Shown: positions 1-10,097 of the stretch, one piece after another | How positions within the stretch are numbered: position 1 is the stretch's first letter | Layout of the letters: the number at the start of each line of letters is the position of its first letter | NCBI GenBank assembly: GCA_028707125.1 | Contig: JAQTUX010000001.1 | Location: 822,528-886,527 of the forward strand | Direction of reading: 5' to 3' | DNA: 64,000 nt | From: Candidatus Omnitrophota bacterium | Lineage (GTDB): Bacteria > Omnitrophota > Gorgyraeia > Gygaellales > JAQTUX01 | Notes under the pieces: generated by a model | Told to the model about the DNA's origin: nothing | What the model saw: only the letters and a program-made list of their open reading frames with translations | Database searches by the model: none | Translations under genes and position numbers: made by a program

Positions 1-38
1 TATGCTGAGGCGGGCGCTTGATTTCGTAAAGTCAATCA

Positions 39-1313
39 ATGTATAACAAGACAACGCTGGATAACGGCATAAGAGTTATTACCTATAATATGCCGGAGAT
101 GAACTCCGTATCGTTCGGCATATGGATAAACGCGGGCTCAAGGAATGAAGAGGCGGGCCAGAAAGGCATTGCCCACCTGCTTGAGCATATGGTTTTCAAG
201 GGCTCGCGTAATTATTCCGGCCGCCGGATAAAAGAGTCCCTTGAAGGCGCGGGGGGAGCGTTAAACGCCTCCACTTCGGAAGAGCTCACCTGTTATTTTG
301 TGAAGATACCCGCGGAGTTCCAGCGGCTGGCCGTTCAGATCATATCCGATATGGCGCTTTATCCGCTGATAGAGGAGGCAGAGCTCGCCAAGGAGAAAGG
401 CGTCATAATTGAAGAGATAAAGATGTACAGAGACCTGCCGCAGGTCTTTGTATACGACCTGATGGATTCGCTTCTCTGGCCGGAACACCCGTTAGGCATA
501 AATGTCGCGGGGACCGAGGAGACGGTCGCCGCCATAAACAGGCAGCAGCTATTTGCCTTCAGGGATCAGTTCTATGATCCGGCCAACATTGTTATTACCG
601 CGGCCGGCAGGGTCAACCACGACCCGCTGTTGAAAGAATTGAACGGCATATTTAAGGCCGTTAAGAAGCAAGAGGCGGCCGGGTGCCTGGAGTTCAAGGG
701 CAGGCAGGAAAAGATCCAGGTGAAGATCATGGATAAGCCCACTGAACAGTCGCACCTCGTGATCGGTTTTCACGGATTAAGCCGCGGCGACCCAAAGAGG
801 TATAAGCTTTCATTGCTCAACATAATCTTAGGCGGGAATATGTCCAGCCGCCTCTTCAACGAGGTAAGGGAAGACAGGGGGCTTGCCTATGAGATAGGCA
901 GCGCGGTCAAGAGGTTCAAAGACACTGGCGCCTTTCTTGTGCACGCGGGCATAGACAATAAAAAGGTCACTGAGGCGATAGAGGTAATACTGAAGCAGAT
1001 ATACGGCATTAAGAAAGACCTGGTCAGCGATGATGAATTGAAACGGGCAAAGGATTTTTATATCGGCCAGCTCAAGATGGCTTTAGAAGATACATTGGAC
1101 CATATGGTATGGTTAGGCGAGCCGGAAGTCACGATGGGCAGGACATTTACGCCGGAAGAAGTATACGCGGAGATCTCCCGCATCAACGCCGCTGACCTGC
1201 GCGGCGTGGCAGGGGATATATTTGTGAAAGACGGATTGAATATAGCCCTTATCGGGCCGCTGAAGTCCAGGGAGAAAGAGATCAGTGGATGCGCAGAAAG
1301 AACAGGTAGTTAA
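39..1313 (+). CDS. M16 family zinc peptidase (pitrilysin/insulinase-like)
   Basis: Inverted zinc motif HLLEH (HxxEH) near N-terminus followed by downstream Glu; 424 aa two-half architecture typical of M16. Confidence 0.8.
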   Translation: MYNKTTLDNGIRVITYNMPEMNSVSFGIWINAGSRNEEAGQKGIAHLLEHMVFKGSRNYSGRRIKESLEGAGGALNASTSEELTCYFVKIPAEFQRLAVQIISDMALYPLIEEAELAKEKGVIIEEIKMYRDLPQVFVYDLMDSLLWPEHPLGINVAGTEETVAAINRQQLFAFRDQFYDPANIVITAAGRVNHDPLLKELNGIFKAVKKQEAAGCLEFKGRQEKIQVKIMDKPTEQSHLVIGFHGLSRGDPKRYKLSLLNIILGGNMSSRLFNEVREDRGLAYEIGSAVKRFKDTGAFLVHAGIDNKKVTEAIEVILKQIYGIKKDLVSDDELKRAKDFYIGQLKMALEDTLDHMVWLGEPEVTMGRTFTPEEVYAEISRINAADLRGVAGDIFVKDGLNIALIGPLKSREKEISGCAERTGS

Positions 1314-2709
1314 TAAGGGCTCCAGGAGGTCAACGCCCAGCGTATTCGCCTTATTTCTGCCTGAAATAAGGGAGCTGCTGGCAGTCAAGAACTTTCAGGA
1401 GCTGAAGAACCTGATCAGGGGCGTGCATTCCATGGATATCGCCGAGGGATGGCGCCTGCTCGAGCCAAATGAGAAACTCCTGATCTTTAAGCTGTTGAGC
1501 TTCAAACGGGCTGTGGAGTTGTTTGAAAATCTCAGGTTTGAGGAACAGTCGTTCCTGCTGGATAATCTCGGCAGCGTTGAGATCGCTTCGATCTTGAATG
1601 AGATGGCCTCCGATGAAAGGGCGCACTTATTTAAAGACCTCCCCGAGAAGATAATAAAGAAGCTGTTCTCCTTGATGAAGAAGGAGGAGGTTGACGATGT
1701 GCGCACCCTGCTTAAGTTTGAAGAAAACACGGCAGGCAGCCTGATGACCACCGAGTTTGTTATCCTTAAGAAGGACTTTACCGCGCGCAAGGCAATACTC
1801 AGGGTCCAGGAAAGCCATAAGGCCGGCCAGGCAAAGAATATCTATTCGGTTTACGTGGTTGATGACGAACACCGCCTTATCGGCGGTTTAAGCCTGCAGG
1901 ACCTTATAACCGCGCCGCCGGATATGCTGCTTAAGGACCTGCTTTCGCACGCCGAATTAATAAAGATAAATGTAAACAGCCCGAAGGAGGATGTCGCCAT
2001 TCAGTTCTCGCGCTATGACCTCCTTGACGCCCCGGTAGTTAACGACTCAGATCAGCTCGTAGGCATTATTACTATTGACGACGTTGTTGATTTGATACAC
2101 CGCCAGGCCACCGCCGAGATCTACGAAATAGGCAAGATGGGCCCGGCAGGCGGCAAGGAAATACGCTATGAAACGGCAAGCGTAGGGGAGCTGGTTAAAA
2201 GGCGCGCCGGATGGCTGATAGCTCTTTTGATCATAGATTTTATGACCGGGAAAGTTCTTAAGACGTATGAGGGATCGTTGACCGCCGTCGTAGCCCTTAC
2301 CTTCTTTATTCCGATGCTTCTTGATACCGGAGGCAACGCGGGAAACCAGGCGGCCATAACCATAATCAGGGGTCTGGCAACAGGCGATGTAAATTTTAAG
2401 AACGTATGGAAAGTGGCGCGCCTGGAAATAATAGCGGCTTTTATTATGGCGTTGATCGTGGCTTCAGTCGCCTTTGTAAGGGCGGTCATGCTCCAGGGAG
2501 ACATCATGCTTTCCCTGGTAGTCGGTTCTACCATGGGCCTTATCGTGATACTTGCTATCTTAACCGGGGTCTGTCTCCCTCTGTTCTCAAAGAAAATAGG
2601 CCTGGACCCGGCGGTCCTGGCAGGCCCTATCACAACGAGCGTAGTTGATATCGTGGGATTGATAATATATTTCAAGATCGCCCAATTCCTGATCCCCGCG
2701 TTAAACTGA
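1285..2709 (+). CDS. mgtE: Magnesium transporter MgtE
   Basis: N-terminal MgtE-N helical domain, tandem CBS region, C-terminal 5-TM domain with DTGGNAGNQ signature. Confidence 0.85.
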   Translation: MDAQKEQVVNKGSRRSTPSVFALFLPEIRELLAVKNFQELKNLIRGVHSMDIAEGWRLLEPNEKLLIFKLLSFKRAVELFENLRFEEQSFLLDNLGSVEIASILNEMASDERAHLFKDLPEKIIKKLFSLMKKEEVDDVRTLLKFEENTAGSLMTTEFVILKKDFTARKAILRVQESHKAGQAKNIYSVYVVDDEHRLIGGLSLQDLITAPPDMLLKDLLSHAELIKINVNSPKEDVAIQFSRYDLLDAPVVNDSDQLVGIITIDDVVDLIHRQATAEIYEIGKMGPAGGKEIRYETASVGELVKRRAGWLIALLIIDFMTGKVLKTYEGSLTAVVALTFFIPMLLDTGGNAGNQAAITIIRGLATGDVNFKNVWKVARLEIIAAFIMALIVASVAFVRAVMLQGDIMLSLVVGSTMGLIVILAILTGVCLPLFSKKIGLDPAVLAGPITTSVVDIVGLIIYFKIAQFLIPALN

Positions 2710-2726
2710 ATCAGAGGCTGTTTTCT

Positions 2727-3734
2727 ATGGAGAACTTTTTTACTTTACCGGCAATATTCACCGTCCTCGCCGTTCTTGTCATTCTTTCCGCTTTCTTTTC
2801 TTTATCGGAGACCTCCGTTATCGCCCTGAGCAAGATCAAATTGAGGCATATGGTGGAAAGGGGCGTAAGGCGCGCCAGGAGCGTACAGCGGCTGGTGACG
2901 AAATTAGACAGGTTTATCGCGGCGATCCTCATAAGCAACAATTTTGTGAATATAGCGATCTCCGCGATCGTGACCGCGGTCTTTATCGGCGTCTTCGGGC
3001 CGCGCAAAGGCGTTGTCGCCGCCACGTTTCTCTCCTCGCTGCTCATCCTTGTGTTTTGCGATATGATACCCAAGCTTATCGCCGTAAGGTTTCCCGATAA
3101 GATGGCGTTATTGACCTCTTATATTATGGAGGGGCTGATAGTAGTCCTTAATCCGTTGGTAACTTTGTTCACGGGTTTCAGTTCGTTTGTGCTTAAGTGT
3201 TTCGGCGTCGAACCGGGAAAACGCAAGCCCCTGATCTCGGAAGAGGAATTGCGGGTTATGATCGAGGTGGGCAAGGAAGAAGGGGTGGTAAGCGATGAGG
3301 AAAGAAAGATGCTGCACCGCATATTTGAATTCGGAGACACCATGGTAAGCGAGGTGATGGTGCCGAAGGAAAAAATGGCGGCTATGGATATAAGCAAGGG
3401 GGCGGAGGGCCTGCTTACCATACTTACCGAAGAGGGTTATTCCCGCATTCCGGTTTACAGGGACTCAATAGACAATATACTCGGAGTGATATATGCCAGG
3501 GATATCCTGTATATCTATTATAACAAAGGGCTGATAGTAGTAGAGGATATTTTGCATCAGCCGTTGTTTGTGCCGCCCGCCAAACGCGTTAATGAACTGT
3601 TGAGCGAATTTCAGACCAAAAAGGTGCAGATCGCCATAATCAAGGATGATAAAGGCATAACGCTGGGGCTGGTTACGCTTGAGGATCTGCTGGAAGAGAT
3701 AGTAGGCGAGATAGAAGAGGAAAAACACAGGTGA
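2727..3734 (+). CDS. CNNM/CorC-type DUF21 + CBS-pair membrane protein (TlyC/hemolysin-like)
   Basis: N-terminal TM DUF21-like region then CBS pair; same family architecture as CorC/TlyC. Confidence 0.75.
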   Translation: MENFFTLPAIFTVLAVLVILSAFFSLSETSVIALSKIKLRHMVERGVRRARSVQRLVTKLDRFIAAILISNNFVNIAISAIVTAVFIGVFGPRKGVVAATFLSSLLILVFCDMIPKLIAVRFPDKMALLTSYIMEGLIVVLNPLVTLFTGFSSFVLKCFGVEPGKRKPLISEEELRVMIEVGKEEGVVSDEERKMLHRIFEFGDTMVSEVMVPKEKMAAMDISKGAEGLLTILTEEGYSRIPVYRDSIDNILGVIYARDILYIYYNKGLIVVEDILHQPLFVPPAKRVNELLSEFQTKKVQIAIIKDDKGITLGLVTLEDLLEEIVGEIEEEKHR

Positions 3735-3876
3735 AGGCCGTTTCTGTCACGTTGTAATCCGCGTTCATCCGTGTTACAATAAATCCAGGAGGAATACCAT
3801 AGATTCGCGAAAGAAGGCCCTGCTGATAGCTCATCTCGCGCTTGATAAAAAGGCGGAGGATCTGCATGTCCTTGAT

Positions 3877-4146
3877 ATGAGGGGGGTAGCAAATTTCTGC
3901 GACTATTTTGTCCTGGCAAGCGGCTCATCCACGCGCCAGGTAAAGGCGATCGCGGAAAACATAGGCGAGGGGCTTCAAAACAGCGGCGAAAAGGACTTCT
4001 CCATAGAGGGGCTATCGGAGAGCCTTTGGGTGCTGATTGACTCCAGGGATGTGATCGTCCATATATTCTACGCGCCGCTTCGCGGGTACTACGCCCTTGA
4101 AAAGTTATGGGCGGACGCGAAAAGGGTAAGGGTAAGCAAGAGATGA
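3877..4146 (+). CDS. rsfS: Ribosome silencing factor RsfS (Iojap); start probably upstream of annotated ATG
   Basis: DYFVLASGSSTRQVKAIAENI motif. Frame stays open upstream to ~3799 with conserved-looking LIAHLALDKKAEDLHVLD and AGGAGG at 3786-3791 but no canonical start codon. Confidence 0.75.
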   Translation: MRGVANFCDYFVLASGSSTRQVKAIAENIGEGLQNSGEKDFSIEGLSESLWVLIDSRDVIVHIFYAPLRGYYALEKLWADAKRVRVSKR

Positions 4147-5222
4147 GAGACCTTTATGAACTGATACGGCTGGTTAATTCAACCCATGACCTTAACAGGG
4201 TATTGAATATAATAACCCGCAAGGTTTCAAATATGGTGGATGCTAAGGTGTGCAGCCTGCGGCTTCTTGACCGCGACAAAAAAGAATTGATACTGCGCTC
4301 TTATCACGGCCCATACAGAAGGTCGCATCTTTCCAAGGGTAATCTCAAGATGGGTGAGTCCATATCCGGCAGGGCGATCAAGGAAAAGAAGGCGTATATC
4401 ATAGCCGACCTTTACAAGGATTCGCTTTATAAGTCCCCGGAGATCGCCAGGCACGAGGGGGTGCGCTCCCTCTTAACGGTCCCCCTTCTTGACAGGGGAA
4501 AGGCGCTCGGCGTCTTGAGCGTATATTCCGATAAGCCGAACAGGTACCACATGGATGACCTGCACCTGCTTTCAATAGTGGCATCCCAGGTTGCCGTTGC
4601 CATATCAAACGCCCGGCTCTTTCAGGAGATCGAGTCCAACTATATTAATACCGTAAAGGTGCTGGTGAATACGATAGACGCCAAGGATAGCTATATCTAC
4701 GGCCATTCCGAGAAAGTGGCGATACACTCTTTTGCCATAGCCAGAGAGCTGGACCTGAGCCCGGAGGAAAGGCAGGCGGTAAGGACCGCCGGTTTTCTGC
4801 ATGATATGGGAAAGATCTCCGTTGACAGCGCCATACTCAGAAAGAAAGGTTTCCTAAATGACGATGAGTGGCACGAGATAGAGAAGCATCCGGAGATAGG
4901 CGCGCGCATAATAAGCCAGATCCCCAACCTTAATCACCTGGCGCCGCTGGTGCTGCATCATCATGCCAGGTTTGGAGGCGGAGGCTACCCGGATAAAAAC
5001 TTGAAAGGCGCGGATATCCCCATAGGCGCGCGCATAATATCTGTAGCAGACGCTTACGAAGCCATGGTTTCCGCCAGGCCATACCGCGGCGCCCTTGAAC
5101 ACAGGATCGTCGTAGAAGAACTCAGAAGCCGTTCCAACAGCCAGTTTGATCCTCATATCGTCCACACCTTTCTAAAAGTACTTAAGAAAGATCAGGAACC
5201 GCAGGAAGTGAGCATTGTATAG
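4143..5222 (+). CDS. GAF-domain sensor fused to HD-GYP phosphohydrolase (putative c-di-GMP phosphodiesterase)
   Basis: GAF-like N-terminus; HD motif in FLHDMGK; HHHARFGGGGYP (GYP signature). Internal ATG at 4143 forms ATGA overlap with rsfS stop. Confidence 0.75.
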   Translation: MRDLYELIRLVNSTHDLNRVLNIITRKVSNMVDAKVCSLRLLDRDKKELILRSYHGPYRRSHLSKGNLKMGESISGRAIKEKKAYIIADLYKDSLYKSPEIARHEGVRSLLTVPLLDRGKALGVLSVYSDKPNRYHMDDLHLLSIVASQVAVAISNARLFQEIESNYINTVKVLVNTIDAKDSYIYGHSEKVAIHSFAIARELDLSPEERQAVRTAGFLHDMGKISVDSAILRKKGFLNDDEWHEIEKHPEIGARIISQIPNLNHLAPLVLHHHARFGGGGYPDKNLKGADIPIGARIISVADAYEAMVSARPYRGALEHRIVVEELRSRSNSQFDPHIVHTFLKVLKKDQEPQEVSIV

Positions 5223-5224
5223 GG

Positions 5225-6880
5225 ATGCGTAAGGACATCAAGGCAGTTATAGCCTCGAGCTTGAAGGAATCACTTCGGATCTTTCAAATCCCTCCCGAGA
5301 GGATCCGGTCTCTTTCCATACAGTTAGACATACCGAAGGATGAAAGCTTCGGGGATATTTCGTCTAACCTTGCGATGCAGCTCAGCAAGGACTTGAAACA
5401 GCAGGCGCGCTCCATAGCCGATTCGCTCGTAGAGCATCTGAAGCGCGATCAGCGCCTTATGCCGCCGAAAGGCCTTGTTAAGGATATAAAGGCGCAAGAC
5501 CCCGGATTTATCAATTTTTATTTAAGCGACGAATACTTCTATGGAAGGCTCCGCGACGCGCTCATCCTGTCCGGGCGTTTCGGCTCTTCTAAGTCAGGAA
5601 GGGGCAAAAAAGCGCTTATTGAGTTTGTGAGCGCCAATCCCACAGGGCCTTTGTCTGTGGCCCACGCCCGGCAGGCGGCAGTAGGCGATTCACTTGCCTC
5701 CATACTTGAATTTCTGGGTTTCAGGGTGACCAGGGAGTATTACCTGAACGATAAGGGCAATCAGATCAATATACTGGGAAGGTCGGTAATGCTGCGCGCG
5801 CGTGAACTTAAAGGAGAGAGCGTCGCCTTTCCCGAAGATCATTATCAGGGGGATTACATACGGGATATCGCTAAAGAGGTCATCGGTTTGGGCAGGGAAA
5901 ATGAAGGCGAGAAGTGGTTTTGCGATTACGCCGTAGAATATTTGATGGGTATTATAGGGGCTGAGTTGAGGGATTTCGGCACTGGGTTTGACGTATGGTA
6001 TTCGCAGGCGGCCCTGGAGAGATCGGGAAAGATCGAAAAGGCGATAGGGCATCTGAAGAAAAAGGGCTGCGTATATGAAAATGAAGGCGCCGTGTGGTTT
6101 CGGTCTACCTCCTTCGGTGACGACAAAGACAGGGTGATCATAAAATCCGACGGCTCTTACACCTATATTACCCCCGATATCGCCTATCATGAGGATAAAT
6201 TCAGGCGCGGCTTTGACTGGCTTATAAACCTCTGGGGCCCCGACCATCACGGATATATCGGCAGGATCAAGGCGGCGGTCGCCGCCCTGGGTAAGAATAA
6301 GGAAGCCCTTTCCCTGATCATCGTTCAACTTGCCAGCATATTCCGCGACGGCAAGCAGTTATTGATGTCCACGAGAAAGGGCCAGTATATAACGCTGCGG
6401 CAGGTCCTTGATGAAGTCGGCAGGGACGCCTCCAGGTTCTTCTTTCTTATGCGCAGGACATCAAGCCACCTTGATTTTGATATTGACCTTGCCAAAAAAC
6501 ATAGCCAGGAAAACCCGGTTTTTTATGTGCAGTACGCCCACGCCAGGATAAGCAGTATATTGAAAAACGCGCGGGCGGGTTTTAACCTTAAGCGGGCGGA
6601 TCTAAAGCTGCTTAAGCAAAAAGAAGAACTGTTTTTAATGAGGGCCATCAGCCGGTTCCCTTACGTGCTCGAGGTCTGCCTTAGCAGCCTTGACCCGTTT
6701 TTTGTGACGGAATATTTGAAGAGGATGGCGGAGGCATTTCATAAATTCTACGATAACCACCGGGTGCTTGGCGATGATAAGCGGCTGACAGAGGCGCGGC
6801 TGGCTCTGATAAAGGCGGCGCAGATAGTGTTGTCCAACGGGTTCCGGCTTTTAGGCATAAGCGCTCCGGAGAAGATGTAG
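5225..6880 (+). CDS. argS: Arginine--tRNA ligase
   Basis: ANPTGPLSVAHAR class I motif, C-terminal DALR anticodon-binding region, 551 aa. Confidence 0.9.
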   Translation: MRKDIKAVIASSLKESLRIFQIPPERIRSLSIQLDIPKDESFGDISSNLAMQLSKDLKQQARSIADSLVEHLKRDQRLMPPKGLVKDIKAQDPGFINFYLSDEYFYGRLRDALILSGRFGSSKSGRGKKALIEFVSANPTGPLSVAHARQAAVGDSLASILEFLGFRVTREYYLNDKGNQINILGRSVMLRARELKGESVAFPEDHYQGDYIRDIAKEVIGLGRENEGEKWFCDYAVEYLMGIIGAELRDFGTGFDVWYSQAALERSGKIEKAIGHLKKKGCVYENEGAVWFRSTSFGDDKDRVIIKSDGSYTYITPDIAYHEDKFRRGFDWLINLWGPDHHGYIGRIKAAVAALGKNKEALSLIIVQLASIFRDGKQLLMSTRKGQYITLRQVLDEVGRDASRFFFLMRRTSSHLDFDIDLAKKHSQENPVFYVQYAHARISSILKNARAGFNLKRADLKLLKQKEELFLMRAISRFPYVLEVCLSSLDPFFVTEYLKRMAEAFHKFYDNHRVLGDDKRLTEARLALIKAAQIVLSNGFRLLGISAPEKM

Positions 6881-6882
6881 TT

Positions 6883-8580
6883 ATGCATAAGAATTGGATC
6901 TTTAGAAAAGGCGACAGCCGTATTCAGGAACATCTGGTTAAAGAGTTAAAGATATCCGCGCTGCTCGCGCGGTTATTGGTTAACCGCGGCATAAAACAGC
7001 CGCGGGACGCGCTTAAGTTCCTCAAGCCCGGCATCTCGGATCTATTAGACCCTTTGGATCTGCCGGATATGGAGAAGGCGGTAAAGCGCGTAAGAAAAGC
7101 GCTGAAAGATAAACAGCCGATCCTCATCTGCGGGGATTACGATGTTGACGGCATAACCGGCTGCGTGCTGCTTCACAAAGTGCTTGGCCGTATGGGCGGC
7201 CTGGCAGATATACATCTGCCCCACAGGATCAAGGACGGCTACGGCATAAGCAGGGACGCCGTTAAAATAGCCGTGAAGAAGAAGGCGCTGGCAATAAGCG
7301 TTGATTGCGGCATATCTGATTTTGAGGAAGTGGATGAGTTAAGAAAGAGCGGCATAGATACGATAATAATAGACCATCATACGCCTCATAACGGCAGATT
7401 GCCCACGGCCTTTGCCATTATCAACCCGAAACTGGAAACCTCCTCATACGGGTTTAAGGACCTTGCCGGAGTAGGCGTTGTCTTGAAAGTCGCGCAGGCG
7501 CTTACCGCGGATACCCTTGAGGCGGACCTGGACATAGTGGCCCTGGGAACGGTCGCGGATGTCGTGCCGTTACTTGGCGAAAACAGGATCATAGTGAAAG
7601 AGGGCCTGGCCAGATTGAATGCCACGCGGCATAACGGGCTGAAGGCGCTTATAGATGTTTCAGGCATAAAAGGCAAGGAGATATCGGTCGGCTATATAAG
7701 TTACATATTGGGCCCGAGGATAAACGCGGGCGGCAGGATGGGCGATGCCGGCGCCCCCCTGAAACTCTTGTTGAGCGATGATTATGATGAGGCAAAGTTG
7801 TTGGCAAACAGCCTGAATACGCATAACAGGAACCGGCAGAATATTGAAGAAAAGATCATGAACGAGGCGGTCTCCCGCATTGAATCAGGCGAGATGGATT
7901 TTAAAAATCATTATGTGATCGTTCTCGGCGGCGATAGTTGGCACAGGGGGGTGCTGGGGATCATCGCTTCCAAGATCGCGGACAGGTATTACAGGCCCGT
8001 TATCATAATCTCTTTTGAAGACGGCGTGGGAAAGGGCTCCTGCCGTTCCATAAGAAGCTTCCACATACTTGAGGCGCTGAGCCGCTGCCGGAAGCATCTG
8101 CAGGATTTCGGCGGGCACAAGTGCGCCGCGGGTATCACGGTCTTAGAGAGAGATCTGGATAATTTCCGGGAGAGTGTCAATGCCGCTGCCAGGGATATGC
8201 TTAAGCCGAGCGACCTTATACCTTCTATAGAGATCGATGCCGAGGTCAGGCTCGCGGATCTAAACCATGGCCTGCTTGATAGTATAAATGAGCTTTCGCC
8301 TTTTGGCTGTGATAACCCTGAGCCGTTATTTTCAACCCGTAACCTGAGTTTAAAGGGTCTGCCTCAGGTGATGGGCAGGGGTACGCTCAAGATGTGGGTA
8401 ACCGACGGCAATACAACTTATCAGGCCGTGGGCTTCGCGATGGCGTCGCTTAAGGATTACATAAGTTCGCTTTCGTCATTTGACGCCGCGTTCAAGGTCT
8501 CGGCAGATACCTGGGAAGGGCGTAACGATTTACAGCTGGAAATAGAGGATATCAGGCCTTCTGAACCTTCTCTGCTTTAA
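6883..8580 (+). CDS. recJ: Single-stranded-DNA-specific exonuclease RecJ
   Basis: DHH motif (IIIDHHTPH), DHHA1 region, ~565 aa. Confidence 0.9.
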   Translation: MHKNWIFRKGDSRIQEHLVKELKISALLARLLVNRGIKQPRDALKFLKPGISDLLDPLDLPDMEKAVKRVRKALKDKQPILICGDYDVDGITGCVLLHKVLGRMGGLADIHLPHRIKDGYGISRDAVKIAVKKKALAISVDCGISDFEEVDELRKSGIDTIIIDHHTPHNGRLPTAFAIINPKLETSSYGFKDLAGVGVVLKVAQALTADTLEADLDIVALGTVADVVPLLGENRIIVKEGLARLNATRHNGLKALIDVSGIKGKEISVGYISYILGPRINAGGRMGDAGAPLKLLLSDDYDEAKLLANSLNTHNRNRQNIEEKIMNEAVSRIESGEMDFKNHYVIVLGGDSWHRGVLGIIASKIADRYYRPVIIISFEDGVGKGSCRSIRSFHILEALSRCRKHLQDFGGHKCAAGITVLERDLDNFRESVNAAARDMLKPSDLIPSIEIDAEVRLADLNHGLLDSINELSPFGCDNPEPLFSTRNLSLKGLPQVMGRGTLKMWVTDGNTTYQAVGFAMASLKDYISSLSSFDAAFKVSADTWEGRNDLQLEIEDIRPSEPSLL

Positions 8581-8779
8581 GGCATTTTGTGCAGATGTTG
8601 ATCTTCTGCCTTCTGCCGTTAAGCAGCACCGTGATCTTCTGGATATTGGGAAGGAATGTCTTTTTATTGACGCGGGTTACCTTGCTTCCGGTACCGCCCT
8701 TTGCTTTGACGAGGCCCTTGCGCGAGAATGTGCGCCCCTTGACCGGGCCTTTATCGCATATGAAACATCTTTTTATCAT
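8552..8779 (-). CDS. rpmB: 50S ribosomal protein L28
   Basis: MxKxCxICxKGP...SRKG...KRTFLPN...CTKCLKAxKV pattern of bL28; 75 aa; 29-nt convergent overlap with recJ 3' end. Confidence 0.85.
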   Translation of the reverse strand: MIKRCFICDKGPVKGRTFSRKGLVKAKGGTGSKVTRVNKKTFLPNIQKITVLLNGRRQKINICTKCLKAEKVQKA

Positions 8780-8843
8780 AATGTGTCAGTATACTGTAAA
8801 AACCGTTTTTGTCAACATTTTTATCTAAAGAAAGCGAGGAGCC

Positions 8844-10097
8844 ATGGACAGAGTGGAACTGAAAAAATATCTATACGCCCGCGTTAAGGGCGTGATCAGC
8901 ACCGGTAAGCCCAGCCAGGACGAGCTCATTAGGCATTTTGATGAGATAGTGCAGGAACTGCAGAAGAATAAGAAATACGCCCATATACACCTGGATGAAG
9001 AGGTGGCGCGGGTGGCTATAAAGGAATTATGCGACGATATTACGGGGTTCGGGCCTCTGCAGGCGCTGCTGGATGATCCCGAGGTAAGCGAGATCATGGT
9101 TAACGGGATCCATAATATTTATATTGAGAAGAAGGGCAAAAGGGCGCTCAGCGGCATAAGTTTTGACGACGAAGAGCACCTTAAGTATATTGTTGAGAAG
9201 ATGCTTACCCCTTCAGGCAGGAGGCTGGATGAGTCCCTGCCTTTTGTGGATTTTGCCATGCCTGGAGGCATAAGGGTAAATGTCGCGATATCGCCGGTTA
9301 CTATGGAGGCGGCGGTGATCACGATACGGAAGTTCGCCTACGCCTTGAAATCCCTGGAGGATCTGGTCTCGCTGGGGACGCTTGATAAGCGCATGGCCTC
9401 TTTTCTTGTCTCTTGCGTGAAGGGCCGCCTTAATATTGTTTTTTCCGGCGCCACGGGCACCGGCAAGACCACGCTGCTAGCCGTCCTGTCTTCTCACATA
9501 GACAACAATGAGCGTATCATTATTATTGAGGATACGCCTGAGCTTGATTTTCGGCAGAGGCACGTTGTCCGCCTCTTGAGCCGGCTTGCCAATATCGCCG
9601 GCAAAGGCAAGATCAGCATCAGCGACCTTTTTATAAATTCGCTGCGAATGCACCCTACCCGCATTATCCTGGGAGAATTAAGAGGCGCTGAGGCAATGGA
9701 TTATCTTCAGGCATTAAACAGCGGACATAAAGGCAGCCTTGCCGTCCTTCACGCCAGTTCTCCGGAAAACGCGCTGGTGCGCCTTGAGCTGATGGCGCTT
9801 TACGCGGGGATCAACCTGCCTAATTGGGTTATCCGGGGGCTGATCGCTTCCGGAGTCGACCTTATTGTCCAGCTTGAGCAGTTCAAGGATGGAAGCCGCA
9901 AGGTAACGCGCATCAGCGAAGTAGGGGAACTGCAGAAAAACAATGATATCGCGCTTAAGGATATATTCGCCTATGAGATCGAATCCAGCAGCGACGAAAA
10001 GGTCAACGGCAGTTTTGTGGCGAAGGGCAAGCCGAGCTTCCTTGGCGACTTGAAGAAAAAGGGCGTAGAAATAGATGAAGCGATCTTTTCAAAGTGA
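8844..10097 (+). CDS. CpaF/TadA-family (VirB11-like) secretion ATPase
   Basis: Walker A GATGTGKTT, Walker B IIIEDTPEL, conserved His box; N-terminal CpaF-type domain. Confidence 0.8.
   Translation: MDRVELKKYLYARVKGVISTGKPSQDELIRHFDEIVQELQKNKKYAHIHLDEEVARVAIKELCDDITGFGPLQALLDDPEVSEIMVNGIHNIYIEKKGKRALSGISFDDEEHLKYIVEKMLTPSGRRLDESLPFVDFAMPGGIRVNVAISPVTMEAAVITIRKFAYALKSLEDLVSLGTLDKRMASFLVSCVKGRLNIVFSGATGTGKTTLLAVLSSHIDNNERIIIIEDTPELDFRQRHVVRLLSRLANIAGKGKISISDLFINSLRMHPTRIILGELRGAEAMDYLQALNSGHKGSLAVLHASSPENALVRLELMALYAGINLPNWVIRGLIASGVDLIVQLEQFKDGSRKVTRISEVGELQKNNDIALKDIFAYEIESSSDEKVNGSFVAKGKPSFLGDLKKKGVEIDEAIFSK

Noticed and set aside
5690-6328. 212-aa minus-strand ORF
   Set aside because: Antisense within argS
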